From Promethearchaeota archaeon (GTDB lineage: Archaea; Asgardarchaeota; Lokiarchaeia; Sigyniarchaeales; SOKP01), in contig SHMW01000052.1 in NCBI GenBank assembly GCA_008080735.1, forward strand, positions 1 to 29,837: a stretch of 29,837 bases of DNA. Direction: 5' to 3'. The notes beneath the pieces were generated by a model. The model had not been told where the DNA came from, made no database searches, and saw only the letters and a program-made list of their open reading frames with translations. The position numbers and the translations under genes were made by a program. Below are positions 8,891-18,333 of the stretch, one piece after another. How positions within the stretch are numbered: position 1 is the first letter of the stretch; each line of letters begins with the position of its first letter.

Positions 8891-9063
8891 TTTGACTCAA
8901 TTCTATAAAATTTATGATTATTGTTTATTATGAATTAGGTAAATTAATAATTATCTCTCTCCTATCAATCGCATAATGTTCTAAATACTCATAATAAGAT
9001 TATAAAAATATAAATAGTTTTTAATCTTAGTATTATCATTTTAATGAATTTGAGGTGAATTGT

Positions 9064-10221
9064 ATGAATGAAGATCTAATCAATTTATTAAAGGATAGGA
9101 TGGGTAAGTATTTCCTTGATGCAGAGGTAGCTGAATCAGTTGCTAATGAAGAATTGTATGGATTGTTTAAGGACAGAAAAATAGATATCCTGCCTTTTAG
9201 AATTAAGGTAGAAGGGTATTCTTTCACATATGTTGGTCTTATTTTCGAAGCGGTACATTGGGATGAAGGTGTTATAAAAATAGTATCAGTCATAGAGTTT
9301 CAACCCCCTAAAGTTTATCCCATACCAGTAGCGTTCTTTTGCAATTCAGAACAAGGAATTTCATTTGCACCCGTTTTGGACCCAATGGATCCTGCAGAGG
9401 CTAAGACTGAGATTCCAGAACATTGGTGGACTAACCGCAGAGAAGGGTTTGGAGCGGCTGCAGATAAATTTTCTAATTGGTTAAATAAGGAGATTAAAGG
9501 GAAAAAATTTGAAAAACAATTTTCCCCTTTCTATACATTTAAAAAAGGAAATTGGCACACCAGTTTTTGTGAAATGGATTCAGTTAATATTAGTCCCTCA
9601 AAAAGGGAAGGAATGGTGACGATCCGAATCTCAGAGTTTACTACGTTTTCACCGAAAAAAACTAACTTTTTTCCTAAACATAAGTTGAGCAATACTTTGG
9701 ATGTTTTTGAGCAGCTAATTGAAAAATATAACGAATTTGTCTCCGCTGTAGATTTTACTAATTATCCTCATGATCCCTATCTATCTGGCCCAGAAGCATT
9801 TGTATGTAAGAAATGTGAATCGCTAATTTTTCCTTCAACCTTGGAAAGATTAAATCTATTTGTTCCCTTGATAATGAGAGGGAAGACAGATGGAAAAACC
9901 CCATATTATGAATTGAAATCTCAGTGTCCTAACTGCGGAGAAAAACGCGATGTCATTAGTCATCTTGATGATTTAAATACGATTAATGCTGCTGGAGAAC
10001 TATTTTGGGTATGCCCGTTTGATTTGACTCCATATGAAATCGAGGATGAAAAGAAGAAGGACAATAGCGTAAAGTATCAAATGAGATGTCCCCAATGTAA
10101 CAATAAAGTGAAAAAAGAAATTGAAGAGAATTACCTTAATATGATTGAAAAGAGTAAAGGTATTCCTTCACCTAACTTAAGTATAGAACAAGGCACTAAA
10201 GTTGTGAGGTATAATTTTTAG
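9064..10221 (+). CDS. Hypothetical protein with C-terminal multiple zinc-ribbon knuckles
   Basis: CKKC, CPNC, CPFD and CPQC motifs in the C-terminal third. SD-like GAGGTG at 9052-9057 favours ATG 9064 over GTG 9055. Confidence 0.8.
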   Translation: MNEDLINLLKDRMGKYFLDAEVAESVANEELYGLFKDRKIDILPFRIKVEGYSFTYVGLIFEAVHWDEGVIKIVSVIEFQPPKVYPIPVAFFCNSEQGISFAPVLDPMDPAEAKTEIPEHWWTNRREGFGAAADKFSNWLNKEIKGKKFEKQFSPFYTFKKGNWHTSFCEMDSVNISPSKREGMVTIRISEFTTFSPKKTNFFPKHKLSNTLDVFEQLIEKYNEFVSAVDFTNYPHDPYLSGPEAFVCKKCESLIFPSTLERLNLFVPLIMRGKTDGKTPYYELKSQCPNCGEKRDVISHLDDLNTINAAGELFWVCPFDLTPYEIEDEKKKDNSVKYQMRCPQCNNKVKKEIEENYLNMIEKSKGIPSPNLSIEQGTKVVRYNF

Positions 10222-10236
10222 AGGCTGATTTAGTAA

Positions 10237-10698
10237 ATGGTTGAAAGTTATAAAACAAAAGAAAAATTAAAGAAGAAATATCAATTAAAGAAGCCCAAAT
10301 TTGATTCTGATTTTGATCACGTGGAAATTGTCTATAAGTCCCGAAGCCCATGGGCTGCGGATAATTATGAGGAATTCATTTCAATTAATAATCAGATTAA
10401 GGCACTGGCAGAGAAAAATATTGAAGAATCGGGTCGTACTATGAGAAAAGTCTTTAATAGAATATTAGAGGCTGCAAATGAGCGTGGTGAATTTGCAGAG
10501 CTTGCCCTTGTGTATAATCTTGGTCTAGAATTATTTGTTTCTGGAGTAACAAATAAAGATAATAATGAGGCAATATCCGGTATTAAACTAATGAAAGAAG
10601 CCCTAGAATTATGTGGGAAACTCCCTACTTGTTCTAAATACGCAAAAAAAATAAATAAGTATATCAGTTCGGCAGAGTCAGAAATAGATAAAATTTAG
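10237..10698 (+). CDS. Hypothetical alpha-helical protein (TPR-like C-terminus), probably co-transcribed with the upstream gene
   Basis: 153-aa ORF, 15 bp after the upstream stop; amphipathic helix pattern. Confidence 0.75.
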   Translation: MVESYKTKEKLKKKYQLKKPKFDSDFDHVEIVYKSRSPWAADNYEEFISINNQIKALAEKNIEESGRTMRKVFNRILEAANERGEFAELALVYNLGLELFVSGVTNKDNNEAISGIKLMKEALELCGKLPTCSKYAKKINKYISSAESEIDKI

Positions 10699-10732
10699 AG
10701 AAACTTTATTTTACTAAACCTATTTTTTTCAT

Positions 10733-11191
10733 TTATTCTCTTCTTTTTCCTTCAACATCTTCAAAATAATCTAAAATAGATTCCTTAATCTCAATCGCTG
10801 GATAGATTAATCGAGATTGATATACATACTCCAGAGCATCGTCCCATGTCCATTCTTGATAGGTTTTTAATAACCACGCAACAATAATCCCCCCCGAACG
10901 ACTGATGCCCATCGCACAATGTACCAAAACCTTGCCTTTTTCAATCTGCTCATCTATAAATTCTAAAATATCTTTTAAGAAGCTATGTGGAGGATACCAA
11001 TCATCAGGAAAACCGCGATGGAGATATTCAAATCCTAATGGACGCGGATCATAGAGATCTTCTTCCATAAGATTCACAATAGCAGTAATTCCCAGTTTTT
11101 TAAACTTTTCAAAATTAAGTCGTGGCCAATACGCTCCAATGTATAAATTCTTATGAATCCTATAAATTTGATCTAATTCTGGTTGGCTCAT
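10733..11191 (-). CDS. Dual-specificity protein phosphatase (Cys-based CX5R family)
   Basis: LYIG, GITAIVNL, general-acid FPDD, P-loop VLVHCAMGISRS, and a ..SRLIYP motif. Confidence 0.93.
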   Translation of the reverse strand: MSQPELDQIYRIHKNLYIGAYWPRLNFEKFKKLGITAIVNLMEEDLYDPRPLGFEYLHRGFPDDWYPPHSFLKDILEFIDEQIEKGKVLVHCAMGISRSGGIIVAWLLKTYQEWTWDDALEYVYQSRLIYPAIEIKESILDYFEDVEGKRRE

Positions 11192-11223
11192 TATCTCCGA
11201 AAAATAAAATATGCTTGAAATTA

Positions 11224-11619
11224 TTATTCAATCGCCTTCATATCCCTGCTTGCGATTATATTGGCCTCTTGCCCCACAACATTTTCGATAAGAATATCCC
11301 CCATTTTGATTGGGGCTTTTACAACAGTTTTGGCGATTTCTTCCAAAGCATCGTTTAATTTTTCTTTAGGAATTGCTTTATCTACTCTTACCGGGACTAA
11401 TGGTAAAAACCCATTTTCTACTCTGATCGTGGTGGTGAGCACTCGTTTAGGCTCATAGAATTCTTGTTTCGCATACTCTAAACCCCTCTTACAGGTATAA
11501 CCTTCGAAGGTGACATCTCCTTCTGGTGTCTCTTTTACTTCGATCTCACAACCAGTTGGACATACGATACATCTTATAGTCTTAATTACACCCGAATCTT
11601 CGCAACTTTCCATATTCAT
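11224..11619 (-). CDS. DUF1667-type small Cys-rich subunit (CxxCPxGC...C)
   Basis: CIVCPTGC, GYTCKRG, PKRVLTTTI, APIKMGD; 4-bp overlap with the upstream oxidoreductase. Confidence 0.9.
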   Translation of the reverse strand: MNMESCEDSGVIKTIRCIVCPTGCEIEVKETPEGDVTFEGYTCKRGLEYAKQEFYEPKRVLTTTIRVENGFLPLVPVRVDKAIPKEKLNDALEEIAKTVVKAPIKMGDILIENVVGQEANIIASRDMKAIE

Positions 11620-12932
11620 GATTCTTCCTCCCCTTCCTCCTCATCGATTAATGGTTCAGGTCGTGGAATAACCTCAACGATTAACTCACTACAAGTCGGA
11701 TTGATGTCTAATTTTGCCATATCTAATTTAAGTTCAATCATTTCACTCGGGATTACATATCTTTTCTTTCTCTTATAGACTACTCTATTTGTTTCATCCT
11801 TTATTTGAATCTGAACTCTACGATCAGGACGTCTGACGCGGAATGTTAAAACTACTTTTTCCGATAAATCGGATACATTAACTAAATCTGGTTTTACATA
11901 ATTTACATTTTCACCAGCGATACACAGAATTTTTCCACCCTTTTTAATTTCCTTTCCATATCGTTCCTCAATATAATCAACCGCTTCTTTTCCAGCTCGT
12001 TTCGCCTCAGCTGAAACCCAATCAACTAAATCATGAACTTGAAGGACATTACCACAAGCAAACACACCCTCAAGAGTGGTTTCCAGATTATTATCCACAA
12101 TAGGACCACCCATATCGGAAATATCGGCACCCGCCTCTTTGGTAAGTTCATTTTCTGGGATGAGTCCAACAGATAATAAGAGTGCATCACATTCTATAAA
12201 TCGGTCAGTCCCAATTATACGATCAAAATTCCGGTCGACTTTGCTAACGGTGACTCCTTTAAGTCGGTCCTTTCCATGAATTTTGGTGACTGTATAGCCC
12301 GTAATTAATGGAATATTATAATCTTCCAAACATTGGACTTGGTTTCTTATCAATCCGCTCACGTATGGCTGAATTTCTACTACTGCCTTTACATTACAAC
12401 CTTCCCAGGTCAATCGCCTCGCCATAATCATTCCGATATCTCCACTTCCTAAAATAACGTAGGTGCGACCCGGTAGATACCCTTCAATATTAACAAATCT
12501 TTGGGCTTGACCCGCAGTGTAAATACCAGCTGGTCTAAATCCAGGAATATTAATTGCCCCTCTTGTGCGCTCGCGACATCCCATCGCTAAGATTATCGAT
12601 TTCGCAGATACTTGTATCATTCCCTCATCTTTATTAACAGCATAAATTTTCCTCTCTGGAGTGATTTCAATTACCATAGTATCTAATTTATAGGGAATAT
12701 TTAATTCTTTGACCTCATTAATAAATCTTTGAGCATATTCTGGTCCCGAAAGTTCCTCACCAAATTCTGTAAGTCCAAAGCCTACATGTATGCATTGGAG
12801 TAGGATTCCACCTAATTCAATATCCCGCTCTAAGATTATGGTTTCGTATCCTGCCTTTTTTACTTCGATAGCGGAGGCTAAGCCCGCAGCTCCACCTCCG
12901 ATGATTGCAACATCCGTTTCATATGTTTTCAT
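11616..12932 (-). CDS. FAD/NAD(P)-dependent pyridine nucleotide-disulfide oxidoreductase (partner of the GlpA-like enzyme)
   Basis: GGGAAG, GGILLQCIH.GFG, LAMGCRER, ILGSGDIG, GVFACGNVLQVHDLVD. Confidence 0.92.
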   Translation of the reverse strand: MKTYETDVAIIGGGAAGLASAIEVKKAGYETIILERDIELGGILLQCIHVGFGLTEFGEELSGPEYAQRFINEVKELNIPYKLDTMVIEITPERKIYAVNKDEGMIQVSAKSIILAMGCRERTRGAINIPGFRPAGIYTAGQAQRFVNIEGYLPGRTYVILGSGDIGMIMARRLTWEGCNVKAVVEIQPYVSGLIRNQVQCLEDYNIPLITGYTVTKIHGKDRLKGVTVSKVDRNFDRIIGTDRFIECDALLLSVGLIPENELTKEAGADISDMGGPIVDNNLETTLEGVFACGNVLQVHDLVDWVSAEAKRAGKEAVDYIEERYGKEIKKGGKILCIAGENVNYVKPDLVNVSDLSEKVVLTFRVRRPDRRVQIQIKDETNRVVYKRKKRYVIPSEMIELKLDMAKLDINPTCSELIVEVIPRPEPLIDEEEGEEES

Positions 12933-14413
12933 TTGTTTGCTACACTTTCCTTTATTTCTTTTAATCGTACATCTTTCGTCTTTGCAACCAAAAGATTGGT
13001 ATCTTCTCCCTTTTTAGTAATAGCTTGATATGGGAGATGAAGTTCTCTCGCGAGTATTTCCATAACCCTCGGTCTGCAGAACCCTCCTTGGCATCTGCCC
13101 ATTCCTGGCCTACATCTGAATTTAACACCATCAACTGTCGTCGCTCCAACTGGCGCATGAATGGCATTCAGAATTTCTGCCTCTGGGATTGTCTCACATC
13201 GACAGATAATCCTTCCCCATGCAGGATTTTCTTTAATTTTTTTATCTAATTCTTCTTTACTCATATCTGCTAATCGCTGTGGTTTAGGTCTGATAGGATT
13301 ATAATTTTCTTTTTCCTTTAACTGGACACCTAATAATTCCAAAAAGTCAAGTACCTTTTCCGCGATAGCATAGCAAGAAGTCAAACCCGGAGAAAGAATC
13401 CCAGCAACATTAATGAATCCGTAGATATCGGTATTATCGATAATAAAATCATAACTATCTGGAACAGCACGTAAGCCAGCAAAATTGCGGATAGAAGCCC
13501 TCAACGGTAAGTTTGGTATGAGGTTTTTTCCTCCTTCTAATACTTCTTTTAATCCCGCGGTTGTCGTCGCAGTATCTTCTTTATCAGTGATATTCTGAGC
13601 ATTCGGACCCGCGAATGTATTACCATGCATTGTTGGACATACTAAAATGCCTTTAGAGATTTTAGTAGGAACTGGAAATAAGATTTTATTTAATTGAATT
13701 TCATTTCTATCAAATAGTACATATTCCCCCTTTCTGGGCATAATATCAAAATAATCCAGCCCTAACATTTTCGAGATTTTTCCCGCGTAGAGTCCCGCGC
13801 AATTAATGAGATTTCTGCCCTTGAATTCTCCCCTACTCGTAGTGACGGTGAAGGTGTAGTCCCTATGATCTATCTTTATTACTTCATGATTTCTAAAAAA
13901 TTTTACTCCATTCATCGCAGCATTTTCGGCTAAGGCAAACGTCATTTCATATGGACTGACAATCCCCGCCGAAGGTGCATGTAAGACCGCTAAAACCTCA
14001 TCGGTAAGATTGGGCTCCAATTCACGAATCTGCTCTTTATCTAAAATTAATTCAAGGTCATGGATCCCATCTTCAATTCCTTTTTTTCGTTCTTCCTCAA
14101 GACCTTTTATTTGATCGGGTTCCACAGCACATACAAAAGATCCAATACGCGAAAACGGAAAATTCAATTCTTTTGCGGCTTGAGTATATAATTTGTTACC
14201 GCGAATACATAAATCTCGTTTCACATATTTTCTATCTGCGGCATATCCCGCGTGTACGACTCCCGAGTTTGCTTTTGTCGTACCAGATGAAATATCAGCT
14301 TCCTTCTCTAATAAGCAGACTTTTATGTCATATTTACATAAAGCTCTTGCTATTGTACATCCGGTCACGCCGCCTCCAATAATTATAATATCATAAATAT
14401 TTGAAGATGACAT
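12929..14413 (-). CDS. FAD-dependent oxidoreductase, glycerol-3-phosphate dehydrogenase GlpA/LhgO-like, with C-terminal BFD-like [2Fe-2S] domain
   Basis: IIGGGVTG, TTKANSGVVHAG, PRKGEY, FAGLRA, SPGLTS, ICRCE...RPGMGRCQGGFC. Confidence 0.88.
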   Translation of the reverse strand: MSSSNIYDIIIIGGGVTGCTIARALCKYDIKVCLLEKEADISSGTTKANSGVVHAGYAADRKYVKRDLCIRGNKLYTQAAKELNFPFSRIGSFVCAVEPDQIKGLEEERKKGIEDGIHDLELILDKEQIRELEPNLTDEVLAVLHAPSAGIVSPYEMTFALAENAAMNGVKFFRNHEVIKIDHRDYTFTVTTSRGEFKGRNLINCAGLYAGKISKMLGLDYFDIMPRKGEYVLFDRNEIQLNKILFPVPTKISKGILVCPTMHGNTFAGPNAQNITDKEDTATTTAGLKEVLEGGKNLIPNLPLRASIRNFAGLRAVPDSYDFIIDNTDIYGFINVAGILSPGLTSCYAIAEKVLDFLELLGVQLKEKENYNPIRPKPQRLADMSKEELDKKIKENPAWGRIICRCETIPEAEILNAIHAPVGATTVDGVKFRCRPGMGRCQGGFCRPRVMEILARELHLPYQAITKKGEDTNLLVAKTKDVRLKEIKESVANK

Positions 14414-14563
14414 ATTATCAGAAATTTGAGTGAACAGTATTTTAATTGTGAAATATAAACTTCCTTGGTAATTTAGTAAATAATTAGAAAATATTAAATT
14501 TATTTAATAAATTGGAAAACCAACATATCTCCAACGTTTTTGAAGTACACGCTTTACAGCTTC

Positions 14564-14872
14564 TCAAAAAAGATACGAGAAAGTAAACCAAAGGATATTA
14601 AATAGAACGGTTAACAAAATAAGAACTTTAGTTACAGGATTGAATATCGAGTTTTTAATGGAACTATTTATCTTGTTTTCCAAGTTCCCCTTCACTAGTT
14701 TATTGACTGATGTATTTCCTTCCATACGTTCCCTATTCATATGAATAGATCCTAAAAATCGAGGATTTGAGAGATTTTTTATAAAGCCATCCAATTGTGT
14801 AGATGAAAGTAGATTTACTTTAATCTTTTCATCCTTATTATTGGGATTACGGTTATGATTTGATGTATCCAT
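14564..14872 (-). CDS. Hypothetical tail-anchored membrane protein
   Basis: Hydrophilic Asn-rich N-terminus and a single C-terminal TM (VLILLTVLFNILWFTFSYLF). Confidence 0.65.
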   Translation of the reverse strand: MDTSNHNRNPNNKDEKIKVNLLSSTQLDGFIKNLSNPRFLGSIHMNRERMEGNTSVNKLVKGNLENKINSSIKNSIFNPVTKVLILLTVLFNILWFTFSYLF

Positions 14873-14990
14873 CGTTTCTGATTTAAAGATATATACGATT
14901 CTATTCTTATGAATAAGTAAGCAAGAGATTCTTAAATTTTTTATTATTATTTTTTAAATCTTATTTGCTTTTGAAGGTATTAAGTAGGTG

Positions 14991-15401
14991 TTACCAAAAG
15001 GCGTTTTGGAACTTTTTGACAGTATCTTCTAAGGAATTTTGAATATGATGCTCAAAATCAGAAAAGATGGATACATCCCCGTCAAAGCTTTTTATCTTAT
15101 CAGAGTATACTTCAAGAAATTTTTCGGAAATGTTGGTTAGTTCCCGTTTTATTTTTTTATCTTTTTCGTTACTTGAGGCATTTGCTATAAATAATAAGTT
15201 TTGTTTCTTTTCTATAGTGAATTTTTTATCGCTTAATTCAAAACTTGAGATCCCTCCTTCAGCTAATTTTTCAGCAAACTGGTTAATTGCACTCATTAAT
15301 GCCCCAAATAATTGCTCATTTACTTTTGGATTATATACCCGACTATATAGGCTTACTCCTGTATTATCCAGTATCCAGAGATCTCGCAATATTTTTCCCA
15401 T
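14991..15401 (-). CDS. Stand-alone longin-like domain protein (Asgard eukaryotic-signature type)
   Basis: Beta-beta-alpha-beta-beta-beta-alpha-alpha pattern: LWILDNTGVSLYSR, LFGALMSAINQFA, LLFIA, ELTNISEKFLEVY, FDGDVSIFSDF. Confidence 0.8.
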   Translation of the reverse strand: MGKILRDLWILDNTGVSLYSRVYNPKVNEQLFGALMSAINQFAEKLAEGGISSFELSDKKFTIEKKQNLLFIANASSNEKDKKIKRELTNISEKFLEVYSDKIKSFDGDVSIFSDFEHHIQNSLEDTVKKFQNAFW

Positions 15402-15635
15402 CGAAATGACCCTAATTTAATTTCTTACAATTATGTTCTCCAACACAAAATACATAAAAAAATTACTTTAAATATTTTTTTATTGATGAAATCAACCATT
15501 CTGATTTAAAAAAAAACTAAATTCATATGTTTCTTTCATTATAATTAAGAGAGAATTCTAATATATCTCACATACGTGCTAAAAGAGAAAAACTATATTA
15601 ATATTAGAAATAACCTATATTAGTGAGAAAAAACA

Positions 15636-16520
15636 GTGAAATGGAGAACGAAATTTACTGAGATTACAAAAGTGCAATACCCTGTAATAATGGGTGCGTT
15701 CGCTGGATTGGGGAGAGCTTCTTTTGCTGCTCCCTTTTCTAATGCAGGTGGCTTAGGAATCATTACCGCACTTAATTTTAATAGCGCAGAGAGATTTAAA
15801 AAAGAACTGAAAGCGATGAAGGATTTGACAGATAAACCATTCGGGGTTAATTTTACGATTGCACCACCAATGTTGGCAAAAAAAAATCCAAAAGCTCGAA
15901 CTGAGGAGACCTACTTTGATTTTTTAGACATAGCAGTTGAAATGGGAGTGGAGGTGTTCACTACCAGTGCGTATCAAGCTAAAAAATTAGGAGAAAGAAT
16001 CCATGAATACGGATGTTATTGGTTCCATAAATGTTCTGTTATGGAACATGCATTATCAGCAGAAAGAGCGGGGGCGGATATGATTACTTTAGTGGGGGTA
16101 GAAGGCACAGGATTTAAGAATCCATTACAGCAGAGCACACTTGTAAATATTACTATGGGCAATAAATTACTTGATATCCCTCTCATTGCCGCGGGAGGTA
16201 TAGGAAATGCACGAGGATTTCTAGCATCATTATTTATGGGTGCTTCTGCAGTATGTTTTGGAACAGCAATAATGGCAACGAAAGAATGTCCAGCGTCAGA
16301 TAAATTAAAAAAAAGATTGGTTAATCAAGACATTTTTGAGGAGGAGTATTATCAGCAGATATATCATCATCAACTAAAGGATAAAAGTATTTGGAGCCCT
16401 GCTGCGGGGCATTGCGATGAGGTTTTGACTATAAAAGAATTTATGGATAAAATAATCGGAGAAGCAGAAGATCTGCTTATTGAATGGGGATTTAAAAAAG
16501 AGCAATTCAACACATTATAA
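15636..16520 (+). CDS. Nitronate monooxygenase / FabK-like FMN-dependent oxidoreductase
   Basis: YPVIMGAF, SNAGGLGII, LTDKPFGVNF, IPLIAAGGIG, GASAVCFGT..MATKE. Confidence 0.9.
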   Translation: MKWRTKFTEITKVQYPVIMGAFAGLGRASFAAPFSNAGGLGIITALNFNSAERFKKELKAMKDLTDKPFGVNFTIAPPMLAKKNPKARTEETYFDFLDIAVEMGVEVFTTSAYQAKKLGERIHEYGCYWFHKCSVMEHALSAERAGADMITLVGVEGTGFKNPLQQSTLVNITMGNKLLDIPLIAAGGIGNARGFLASLFMGASAVCFGTAIMATKECPASDKLKKRLVNQDIFEEEYYQQIYHHQLKDKSIWSPAAGHCDEVLTIKEFMDKIIGEAEDLLIEWGFKKEQFNTL

Positions 16521-16593
16521 AACTTAAGAATCAATAATTTTAATTTAAAGATTATATCCTATTTAGGCTTTATCAACATTCTTATATCTAAAA

Positions 16594-18333
16594 ATGAGTC
16601 AGACTTATAGTATACTTTCAAAAGATTTAAAACAAAAATTCAAAGATATTGTCGGGAATGATTCTTTTTTTGATCAAAAAGAAATCAGATGGACTTACGC
16701 ATTTGGAGGGACCGTATTCGAAAAAGATTGGATACCCGATCTAATTTTATTACCCAAGAATAGAGATCAAATTACTAAAGTTTTACAACTAGCGAACCAG
16801 AAAAAAATTCCAATAACACCACGGGGGAGTGGAACGAGTTTATCGGGAGGTGCTATGACTCCATACGGAGGAATCGTATTAGATGTTTCACGATTGAATA
16901 AAATTTTAGATATAGACATTGAAAATAATATAGTAAAAGTGGAACCTGGAGTTATATGTGATGATTTAAACGAAGAATTGAAAAAATATGGGTATTTTTT
17001 CCCTCCAGATCCTGGTTCGAGTTCGGTAGCTACAATTGGCGGGATGGTAGCTAATAATGCTGGAGGAATTCAAGCATTCAAGTATGGAGTCACGAAACAA
17101 TACGTTATGTATTTGGAAATAGCATTAGCAAATGGAAAAATATTAAATCTGGGAACAGATGTATTAAAATCTGTCGCCGCCTATAATATTAAAGATTTAT
17201 TTATAGGCTCCGAGGGAACTTTGGGAGTTATCACCAAAATTGGGCTGCGAATACGACCCTTACCTACTCAGCGAAAATTAGGTCTTTTTATTTTTGATGA
17301 GGTGAAAGATTTAGAAAACGCGGTTAGGAATATTAGAAAGGAAGGTATTATACCTAACTTACTTGAATTTATGGATAGGGTGATTTTAAAGGCAGTAAGA
17401 GAGTATTTGGGGGGTGAGTTCTACGATTTTCCAGATGGATATGTACTCTTGGCAGAAATGGACGGGAATATACAAGATCATGTGGAGGATGAGTTTACCC
17501 AGATATACGACAATATAATCCAGCAAAACCCAAAATTTTATAGAATTGCGAAAAATGATAAAGAGAGGGAACGCTTAATTCAAGCACGGAAGGCAAATCT
17601 TCCCGCACTTTCGAGAATAAAACCAACCACGTGTGTAGAGGATTGCACGATAAGTCTGACGCATTTCGCAGATGTAATCAAAAAGATTGAACAAATACCG
17701 GAAGAAATAGGCGCGACCAACTTAGAAGTGGCGATTATTTGTCATATGGAAGGAAATCTTCACCCCACATTCTTATTCAATGAAAATAACCCCAAAGATG
17801 TAGAAGATTTTGAAAAAGCTCTTGACTATTTATATAGAAAAATTATTATCCCTATAGGTGGGTCCATTACAGGAGAGCATGGAATCGGCAAAATCAAGAC
17901 ACCATATTTAGAGTTATCTCATGGAGAACAAATAACCGAAAAAATGCACCAAATTAAACAATTATTTGACCCGAATATGATTCTAAATCCCGGAGTCGGA
18001 AAAGGAGATACTCGTAAGTTGGATGAAGCAGACAAATCTAGACAACTCAAAAATCAAAAGGAAAAAGTCCTGGAACTCGCATGCATGAGATGTGGTTTTT
18101 GTATTGCGTCATGTCCAAGTCGTAAACATTATAATATCGAAGCTTATAGCCCAAGAGGACGATTAAGTATCCTAAACGGATTGGTTTATGGGGATTTAAA
18201 ACCAAATCAACTAATTACCGACATTCTTCATACATGTACTTTATGTGGGTTATGTCTGGAAAAATGTCCATCAGGTGTGGGAACTTACAAAATATTTGAA
18301 CAAGCAAGAGAGATAATACATAAAAATGAATGA
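16594..18333 (+). CDS. FAD-linked 2-hydroxyacid (D-lactate/glycolate, GlcD-like) dehydrogenase with fused C-terminal 2x[4Fe-4S] domain
   Basis: PRGSGTSLSGG, PPDPGS, TIGGMVANNAGG, GSEGTLGVIT, GNLHP, TGEHGIG, FDPNMILNPG; CMRCGFCIASCP and CTLCGLCLEKCP. Confidence 0.92.
   Translation: MSQTYSILSKDLKQKFKDIVGNDSFFDQKEIRWTYAFGGTVFEKDWIPDLILLPKNRDQITKVLQLANQKKIPITPRGSGTSLSGGAMTPYGGIVLDVSRLNKILDIDIENNIVKVEPGVICDDLNEELKKYGYFFPPDPGSSSVATIGGMVANNAGGIQAFKYGVTKQYVMYLEIALANGKILNLGTDVLKSVAAYNIKDLFIGSEGTLGVITKIGLRIRPLPTQRKLGLFIFDEVKDLENAVRNIRKEGIIPNLLEFMDRVILKAVREYLGGEFYDFPDGYVLLAEMDGNIQDHVEDEFTQIYDNIIQQNPKFYRIAKNDKERERLIQARKANLPALSRIKPTTCVEDCTISLTHFADVIKKIEQIPEEIGATNLEVAIICHMEGNLHPTFLFNENNPKDVEDFEKALDYLYRKIIIPIGGSITGEHGIGKIKTPYLELSHGEQITEKMHQIKQLFDPNMILNPGVGKGDTRKLDEADKSRQLKNQKEKVLELACMRCGFCIASCPSRKHYNIEAYSPRGRLSILNGLVYGDLKPNQLITDILHTCTLCGLCLEKCPSGVGTYKIFEQAREIIHKNE

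Noticed and set aside
5686-15420. Short overlapping ORFs (5686-5904, 9036-9293, 11122-11458, 12076-13249, 14173-14396, 15067-15420)
   Set aside because: Shadows of longer genes, most of which have clear family motifs.
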